Source of the DNA: Pseudomonadota bacterium | GTDB taxonomy: Bacteria; Pseudomonadota; Alphaproteobacteria; Rickettsiales; RGZB01 | Assembly: GCA_010031735.1 (NCBI GenBank) | Contig: RGZB01000001.1 | Coordinates: 6,168 to 70,167 of the forward strand | DNA: 64,000 nucleotides | Direction of reading: 5' to 3' | Shown here: positions 57,468-64,000 of the stretch, piece after piece | Numbering within the stretch: the stretch's first letter is position 1 | Layout: every line of letters begins with the position of its first letter | Notes under the pieces: model-generated | Databases searched by the model: none | What the model saw: only the letters and a program-made list of their open reading frames with translations | What the model was told of the DNA's origin: nothing | Program-made: the position numbers and the translations under genes

Positions 57468-58172
57468 TCATTTACTCATATAGATGGTTACTTTTACAGG
57501 CCCCGTGAAATAAATCACATTGCCGCGTTCTTCTGCACGGAAACCGGTGGCATCAAGCGTACCCGCATCACCCTGGATCTTCACCGTGCTTTGACTGAGA
57601 GCCTCGCCGGATTCCATATCGGCAGCCACCGCGTCCGTATGCATTTCATAGCCGTTATTGAGAAATACATTCACCCCTCCTGCGAGGAGCACCTTCTTCT
57701 CCTTCATCTTATAGGTGGCAGATTTGGAGTTAAGCGAAATCCAACTGCCGTCTTTCATCATCACATCACCCGATGGGGTATCCAGCAACAGATTTTCTGG
57801 ATCCAGTTGCGTTGCTGATTCTGCAATAATCGTGAAAGGCTGGTCGTTCTTATCAACCCCATGGAAGCGCGGCCGCATCATTTTCGGCTTTTCGTTTTCT
57901 TCGCCTTTATCCTTGGCATCAGAGATCGCCATCTGGATGCGGCGTTCTTCCGGTGCCGTGAAGGGCCAGATGATCAGCACCGCTACCAGCATAAGTGCCG
58001 TGATGCCGATCAGGTATTTGAATTTATTCACGATACCGGAACGGCGCCATAAGTAGCGACCGCGGCTTTGCTCCGCGTTACTCATCCACGCATCGAAATG
58101 GGATTCTTTTTTAACGGACTCAGATGATTCCGCCGCCGCCTCGGATACATGCTCAGTCGTATCTTGGATCAC
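57468..58172 (-). CDS. lptC: LPS export protein LptC
   Basis: One N-terminal TM helix followed by a beta-rich periplasmic domain. It sits between kdsD and lptA, as in other proteobacteria. Confidence 0.65.
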   Translation of the reverse strand: MIQDTTEHVSEAAAESSESVKKESHFDAWMSNAEQSRGRYLWRRSGIVNKFKYLIGITALMLVAVLIIWPFTAPEERRIQMAISDAKDKGEENEKPKMMRPRFHGVDKNDQPFTIIAESATQLDPENLLLDTPSGDVMMKDGSWISLNSKSATYKMKEKKVLLAGGVNVFLNNGYEMHTDAVAADMESGEALSQSTVKIQGDAGTLDATGFRAEERGNVIYFTGPVKVTIYMSK

Positions 58173-59137
58173 TGTATGCCTGCGCGGAGTAAATCATGGA
58201 TATGGAGGATGCCTAGAAGTTTAGTGCCTTCCGCCACCAAGAGTGTTGTAATTTTCTTCTCACTCATGATAGCCATTGCTTCCATGGCAAGCATATCAGG
58301 CGAAATAGTCATTGGCTTTTTCGTCATCACTGCCGATGATTTCATTTTCATAAGGTCCAAATTCTTAACATGGCGTCGTAAATCCCCATCGGTGATTATT
58401 CCAGTGAGTTGGCCTTTGTTATTTTCCACTGCAGTACAGCCAAAACCTTTCGAAGTCATTTCAACTAACGCTATGGACATGAGTTCGGACTCGTTAACGC
58501 ATGGAATATCATTTCCTTTATGCATCAGCGCCGATACTTTGAGGAACTGACTACCGAGTTTGCCGCCCGGATGGTAACGGCCGAAATCCTGTTTGCTGAA
58601 GCCACGGCGCTCAAGGAGCGCCATCGCAAGCGCGTCACCCCATACCATCATCATGGTAGTAGAAGTGGTCGGTGCACCGATCGGCGAGGCTTCAGGAATC
58701 TCTGGAAGTACGAAGGCGATATCGGCGGCTTCCACAAGGGTCGAGGTCTTTCGGCGCACCATCCCGATCAGCGGGATGCGGTAGCGCTTCGCATAGTTGA
58801 TCATGTCCATGAGCTCCGCCGTCTCACCGGAGTTGGAAAGCAGGATGAGTGCATCGTCTTCTGTGATCATGCCAAGGTCACCGTGGCTTGCTTCCCCCGG
58901 GTGGACGAAATGGCTTGGTGTTCCCGTGGAAGCCAGGGTTGCAGCGATCTTCCGTGCCACGTGGCCGCTTTTACCCATGCCGCTGATGATGACACGGCCC
59001 TTGATGCCGTAAATCAAATCGACCGCCGCGATGAACTTCTTATCGAGCGCTTTCTCGAGCGCCTTTATACCTTCCATCGCTGTGTCGAACACGCGGGAAG
59101 CAGCAGCGGTATCGCTATGTTTCTTAGGCTGAGGCAT
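58169..59137 (-). CDS. kdsD: arabinose-5-phosphate isomerase (KpsF/KdsD; SIS + tandem CBS)
   Basis: SIS motif ISGMGKSGHVARKIAATLASTG and a C-terminal CBS pair. Confidence 0.88.
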   Translation of the reverse strand: MPQPKKHSDTAAASRVFDTAMEGIKALEKALDKKFIAAVDLIYGIKGRVIISGMGKSGHVARKIAATLASTGTPSHFVHPGEASHGDLGMITEDDALILLSNSGETAELMDMINYAKRYRIPLIGMVRRKTSTLVEAADIAFVLPEIPEASPIGAPTTSTTMMMVWGDALAMALLERRGFSKQDFGRYHPGGKLGSQFLKVSALMHKGNDIPCVNESELMSIALVEMTSKGFGCTAVENNKGQLTGIITDGDLRRHVKNLDLMKMKSSAVMTKKPMTISPDMLAMEAMAIMSEKKITTLLVAEGTKLLGILHIHDLLRAGIQ

Positions 59138-59744
59138 GGCTGAAAATATCGTGTTCTTCCCAACCGAGCAGATCCAATTCTACGCGGGTATTCAAGAATC
59201 TAAAGCATTCCTCTGCAATTTTGGTGCGCCCCATATCCTTCAGCATTTGGTCGAGCTTGGTGCGGAGCTGGTGGAGATGCAGCACGTCAGACGCAGCATA
59301 TGCCAGTTGTTCCTCGCTTAAGTCTGTAGCACCCCAGTTGGACGTCTGCTGCTGTTTTGAGATCTCGACACCCAGCAATTCGCGACATACATCTTTCAGG
59401 CCGTGCTTGTCTGTGTAGGTACGTACGAGCTTCGATGCGATTTTGGTGCAGTAAACCGGCGAAGTCAGTTCCAACTCCAGATAATGGCGGATCACCGCGA
59501 TATCGAAGCGGGCGTAATGGAATATTTTCGTCGTTTTGGGATTAGAAAGGAGTTTCTTCAGGTTCGGGGCGCTATAACCACCGGCTTCGAACTGCACGAG
59601 ATGTGCATTGCCATCACCATTAGAGAGCTGTATGAGGCATAAACGGTCACGCTGAATACTAAGACCCATCGTCTCGGAATCGATCGCAAGATCGCCAGCA
59701 AGATTAAGATTTGCAGGCAGGTCGCCCTTATGTAACGTATGCAA
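59124..59744 (-). CDS. rnd: short RNase D-like 3'-5' exonuclease (DEDD family)
   Basis: ExoI motif LAIDSETMGL, followed by YAASDVLHLH, 206 aa. Confidence 0.75.
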   Translation of the reverse strand: MHTLHKGDLPANLNLAGDLAIDSETMGLSIQRDRLCLIQLSNGDGNAHLVQFEAGGYSAPNLKKLLSNPKTTKIFHYARFDIAVIRHYLELELTSPVYCTKIASKLVRTYTDKHGLKDVCRELLGVEISKQQQTSNWGATDLSEEQLAYAASDVLHLHQLRTKLDQMLKDMGRTKIAEECFRFLNTRVELDLLGWEEHDIFSHASA

Positions 59745-59844
59745 AGGTCAGCTCCTTCAAAAAATACGTCGTTAAATTATACTATATTATTGCTTTTGAA
59801 TAGTATTTTCATCTAGTATCCGGCATCCAAACAGGTAGGTAATC

Positions 59845-60771
59845 ATGGCACGTATCGTAACCCTTATCGGTGGCTCCGGTTTTCTCGGGGAATATATTGC
59901 AAAAGAACTCCTTAAAAAGGGCTATCTTGTCCGTATCGCCAGCCGTAATCCTGATAACGCGATCGTAGTGAAAACCGCTGGCCTGGGGGTAGGACAAGTC
60001 GGTGTCATGCAATGCAATGTGCGATTCCCGGAAACGGTCGAGAGAGCAGTCAAGGATTCCTGGGCCGTAATCAACCTTGTTGGCATTCTCTGCGAGAAGG
60101 GTAAGCAGAATTTCGCGGATGTCCAGGCGCTCGGTGCAGAAACCGTTGCCAAAGCCTGTGCGAATGCGGGGGTGGAACGCCTCATCCATATTTCTGCCCT
60201 GGGGGTGGACACTGCCACCAAATCCCACTATGCCCGCACCAAGCTGAATGGTGAGAAAGCCGTATTCGCGAGCTTCCCGGATGCAACCATTATCCGACCG
60301 AGTGTTATTTTCGGTGCCGAGGATCATTTTGTTAATATGTTCGCCGGTGCTCTTCGTTGGTTGCCTATGTTCCCGCTTTTCGGGGGCGGTAAAACCAAAT
60401 TCCAGCCGGTGTATGTGAACGATATCGCAAAAGCCATCCCCCTTATTCTTGAGAACCCTAAATACAAACAGAAGATATTCGAGCTCGCCGGCCGTGATGT
60501 TTTGAGTCTCAAACAGATCATCGAGTTCATCCGCAACTATACGCGCAAATTCTGCTTACTGATCCCCGTGCCGTTCGCACTGGGTAAACTGCTCGCACTG
60601 CCGATGAAGCTGCTGCCGAAGCCGCCGATAACGGTCGATCAATTAGTGCTCCTGCAATATGACAATGTGGTGGAATCCCCTTCTAATCTCACCTTCTCTA
60701 CGCTCGGTATCACCCCGCAGAAGTTCGAGACGATCGTTCCGAAATATCTCGAGCGCTTAAAGCAGGCGTAA
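59845..60771 (+). CDS. NAD(P)-binding SDR-family protein, complex I NDUFA9-like
   Basis: Rossmann motif LIGGSGFLGEYI, 308 aa, overall NDUFA9/NmrA-like pattern. Confidence 0.65.
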   Translation: MARIVTLIGGSGFLGEYIAKELLKKGYLVRIASRNPDNAIVVKTAGLGVGQVGVMQCNVRFPETVERAVKDSWAVINLVGILCEKGKQNFADVQALGAETVAKACANAGVERLIHISALGVDTATKSHYARTKLNGEKAVFASFPDATIIRPSVIFGAEDHFVNMFAGALRWLPMFPLFGGGKTKFQPVYVNDIAKAIPLILENPKYKQKIFELAGRDVLSLKQIIEFIRNYTRKFCLLIPVPFALGKLLALPMKLLPKPPITVDQLVLLQYDNVVESPSNLTFSTLGITPQKFETIVPKYLERLKQA

Positions 60772-63700
60772 GTGACCGCCGCCGCGAAAGAAGCCAGCCG
60801 CAAGCAGTTACAGGCAGCAAACCCTGCCACGTCGGTGTGGGTAAGCGCTTCTGCCGGCACCGGCAAAACCAAAGTGCTTACCGATCGCGTGCTGAACTTG
60901 CTGCTTACCGGCACGCCTGCGCACCGAATCCTCTGCCTTACCTATACGAAAACCGCTGCAGCCGAGATGCAGGCACGTATCTACACGAGGCTTAGTGACT
61001 GGATCACGATCGACGACGCAAAACTCCGCGCAGCGCTTTTAGACCTCGGCCATATGCATCCGGATACAAAGACATTGGCGAGGGCACGGAGTTTATTCGC
61101 AGAGATCGTCGCACGCCCTGAGGACATGCGCATCCTCACCATCCATTCGTTTTGCCAGTCTTTACTCAAACGCTTCCCACTTGAAGCTGGCATTCCACCC
61201 CACTTCAACATCGTTGAAGGAGAAGAATCGAAGGCACTGATGCATGAAGCAAGAGAGAGACTGCTTTCTGGGGGGCATACAAATCCTTCTAAAAAAGAGG
61301 TAGTCGAGCATTCCATTGCCATCCTTGCAAACAACCTGCATGAATCACGCTTCGACGAGTTACTGAAAGATATCTCCGGCAAACGTAGCTTCTTCCGCGA
61401 GCATTTCGTAAGCCCGCATGCCGTTGAGCAATGGATCGGTACCTTATACCGCACGCTCGGCATTCAGAAAGGTATGCGTGAATCCGATATTCTTTCATCT
61501 ACTTGTGCCGATAGTGCTTTCAACCATACCGCCCTCAAGGATGCGGCAACCAAACTCCTTGCCAGCGGAAAGAAAGACAGCGAGAAAGGCGCGAAGATCG
61601 CGCGCTTCCTCGCCTTCAGCCTGCAAGAACGTATCACGGGGTTTTATGATTACAGCCGCGCGTTCTTTACCACAGAGGATGCACCTTTTAGTCCTCTTTG
61701 CACCCAATCCCTATCCGATAAATTCCCTGATCTCTTGGACGTGCTGGAACAGGAATGTGAGCGACTTTACACGATCAAAGAACAATTAAAGGCCCTTCGT
61801 ACCGCTACCCTTACCGAAGCACTGATCCATGTGGCTGAAGCGTGGTTCGTCATCTATGACGATCTTAAAAAGCGCCAAGCATACCTTGATTATGACGACC
61901 TGATCCTGAAATCACTGGCGCTGCTCGAAAAGAGTGAGGCCGCACCCTGGATCATGTACAAACTCGATGGTGGCATCGACCATATCCTGGTAGATGAAGC
62001 ACAGGATACGAGTGAGGTGCAGTGGAAGATCGTGCAGGCACTCTGCACTGAATTCTTTACCGGTGAAAGTGCTCAAGGAAGCGAACGAACCCTTTTCGTC
62101 GTCGGCGATGAGAAGCAATCCATTTTCAGTTTTCAGGGTGCAAACCCGGCAAAGTTCCGCGAAATGGAATCGTATTTCGCCACTCTGGCATCCGGTGCAA
62201 CCAAGGCATGGCAGCCGATTGACCTCGACACCTCTTTCCGCTCGAGCGAGCCCATTCTCCTATTAGTGGATACGTTATTCAATCAGGCGGATATCCAAAA
62301 ATATGTCGCTTCTGCTGCGACTTCGATTTTCCACCGCCTGCACCGTCAAGACTATGCGGGAAGCATCACACTTTGGCCGCAAGTAGAGAGCCCGGAAAAA
62401 CAAGTAATCGATCCATGGCCCATCCCGGGAGGAAGCTATATCGGCACAACGGCGGAAGATGTCATAGCAGAAAGAATAGCTGCGTATATCGCCAAGCATA
62501 TCCATAATAAAACCTATCTTACCTCACGCCAACGTGCCGCTCAGCCCTCCGATTTCCTGATCTTGGTCCAAAAACGTAATGCCCTTCCTGCTTCGATCAT
62601 CCGCGCCCTGAAGAAAAAATATATACCGGTATCAGGCAGCGACCGTATGGTCATCACCGATCATATCGCCGTGATGGATATGATCGCGCTTGGCCGTTTT
62701 TTGCTGCTACCGGAAGATGACTTCAATCTTGCCTGCTTACTCAAATCGCCTCTATTCAATATGTGCGAAGAGGCATTGTTCGCGCTTGCATACGGACGCG
62801 AAAAAACGCCGCTCTGGAATCGTCTGCAACAGGATAAGGCACACCACGCAACCACACAATACCTGCGCGATTTACGTGAGCGGACAGACTATACTCCTCC
62901 GTTCGAACTCTACAGCCATGTGCTCGAAACCTTGGGCGGAAAACAGCAATTCGTTGCACGTCTTGGACATGAATGCATCGAGCCGTTGCAGGAGTTCCTT
63001 TCTCTTGCACTAGAGTATGAAGCGTTGCATACGCCCTCCCTCGAAGGCTTTCTGCATTGGCTGTCCATGAGCGATATCGAGATCAAGCGTAGTCAGGAAT
63101 CGACACGCGATGAAGTGCGCATCATGACCGTCCATGCCGCAAAAGGCCTGCAAGCGCCTATCGTGATTCTGCCCGACACGCACTTGACGCCTAGCGCTGT
63201 CAGAATCTCCCTCCTCAGCGATGCCAAAGGCACACTCTTCTGGCCGGGTAAAAAAGAGAATATGAATGCCTACACACTGAATCTGCTCGAAGCACAAAAA
63301 CAGAAACATTACGCAGAATATATCCGCCTGATGTATGTGGCACTCACACGCGCAGAAGAACATTTGGTAATCGGCGCTGCAAAGCCTGAACGGAATCCAT
63401 CGCTTCCTTCATGGTATACGCATATCAAAAGCGCGATGCAGTCGTTACCACAGGTAAAACAGATCGAGGACAATCCGGATGCTCTTATTTTTGAAAAATC
63501 CGTTGAGCAAAATAACAAGACTGGCGAGTCCAGTAAAAAACCAGGCAGTAAAAACACTCCCTCCCTGGTCTTCACGAAAAAACCGGTAGTGACGGATACA
63601 CGCATCATCACGCCCTCGAGTGATAAATCGTTTGCAGTCTCCTCTGTGTTAGCCGATGGACAGGCTTTTAATGGCACACTTCGTGGCACTATCGTCCACC

Positions 63701-64000
63701 GCTTATTGGAACTCCTCCCACAAGTGCCCTACCCTCACGCCGTGGATTTCGCGGAACGTTTTTTAATGCGCAATCATTTCCCTGAAAGTGAGACCAAAGG
63801 ATTCGCCAACGCCTTACTCTCTCTTATCCGCCATCCTTCCTACAGCATCTATTTCGGCGACCATTCGTGTGCTGAAACCAGTATCGTAGGCGTGGTAGAA
63901 GGCCAAACGCTATCAGGTCGTATCGACCGCATCGCCATTACGCCGGAGACCGTCTATATCCTCGATTATAAAACCGATAGCATAGTACCTCAAAAAGTAG
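60772..64000 (+). CDS. addA: double-strand break repair helicase AddA (UvrD-like helicase + PD-(D/E)XK nuclease), 3'-truncated by the window end
   Basis: Not in the ORF track because it has a GTG start and an open end. Reading from 60772 gives VTAAAKEA..VWVSASAGTGKTKVLTDR (Walker A), VDEAQDTS, GDEKQSIFSFQGA and VRIMTVHAAKGLQAP. The frame stays open to 64000. Confidence 0.9.
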   Translation, partial: MTAAAKEASRKQLQAANPATSVWVSASAGTGKTKVLTDRVLNLLLTGTPAHRILCLTYTKTAAAEMQARIYTRLSDWITIDDAKLRAALLDLGHMHPDTKTLARARSLFAEIVARPEDMRILTIHSFCQSLLKRFPLEAGIPPHFNIVEGEESKALMHEARERLLSGGHTNPSKKEVVEHSIAILANNLHESRFDELLKDISGKRSFFREHFVSPHAVEQWIGTLYRTLGIQKGMRESDILSSTCADSAFNHTALKDAATKLLASGKKDSEKGAKIARFLAFSLQERITGFYDYSRAFFTTEDAPFSPLCTQSLSDKFPDLLDVLEQECERLYTIKEQLKALRTATLTEALIHVAEAWFVIYDDLKKRQAYLDYDDLILKSLALLEKSEAAPWIMYKLDGGIDHILVDEAQDTSEVQWKIVQALCTEFFTGESAQGSERTLFVVGDEKQSIFSFQGANPAKFREMESYFATLASGATKAWQPIDLDTSFRSSEPILLLVDTLFNQADIQKYVASAATSIFHRLHRQDYAGSITLWPQVESPEKQVIDPWPIPGGSYIGTTAEDVIAERIAAYIAKHIHNKTYLTSRQRAAQPSDFLILVQKRNALPASIIRALKKKYIPVSGSDRMVITDHIAVMDMIALGRFLLLPEDDFNLACLLKSPLFNMCEEALFALAYGREKTPLWNRLQQDKAHHATTQYLRDLRERTDYTPPFELYSHVLETLGGKQQFVARLGHECIEPLQEFLSLALEYEALHTPSLEGFLHWLSMSDIEIKRSQESTRDEVRIMTVHAAKGLQAPIVILPDTHLTPSAVRISLLSDAKGTLFWPGKKENMNAYTLNLLEAQKQKHYAEYIRLMYVALTRAEEHLVIGAAKPERNPSLPSWYTHIKSAMQSLPQVKQIEDNPDALIFEKSVEQNNKTGESSKKPGSKNTPSLVFTKKPVVTDTRIITPSSDKSFAVSSVLADGQAFNGTLRGTIVHRLLELLPQVPYPHAVDFAERFLMRNHFPESETKGFANALLSLIRHPSYSIYFGDHSCAETSIVGVVEGQTLSGRIDRIAITPETVYILDYKTDSIVPQKV

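Overview
The window looks like a chromosomal segment of an alphaproteobacterium. Supporting markers are CtrA, System-I ccm genes, ihfB-lapA-trpFBA and tsaE-kinase-nucleotidyltransferase synteny, and small PAS_5-like proteins. GC is about 50% by eye. Coding is almost gap-free, with about 65 genes.

Most of it is housekeeping: ugd/galU/rlmE, a complete biotin locus (bioFHCD divergent from bioBA), ccmDEFGH, mutS, maeB, rpsT, metC, ahcY and a PAS sensor kinase. It continues with ilvBHC, trpFBA, sppA-rpsA-cmk-aroA, folC, fliIJ, ctrA, lptCA-kdsD-rnd and a partial addA. I recognised no rRNA, tRNA, CRISPR array, transposase or integrase.

The stand-out accessory block is 31.2-37.1 kb. It holds a 1395-aa signal-peptide-bearing protein with 28 Cys and a ~205-aa Gly/Ser tail. 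This gene is transcribed divergently from an orphan, translationally coupled VirB8-like/VirB9-like pair with no other type IV secretion genes in the window. The two share an AT-rich control region containing a perfect CtrA box.

Other points worth a second look:
- a very AT-rich 5' mosaic inside ccmF
- a glycine-zipper membrane protein pair that may be one frameshifted gene
- a histidine-free globin-like protein next to a PAS_5 paralog
- a 5'-truncated trpF
- a tandem LOG protein with a degenerate N-terminal half
- a stand-alone csrA
- a three-part SD/anti-SD octamer arrangement ahead of ilvB

All calls come from reading the supplied translations and sequence. No database search was run.
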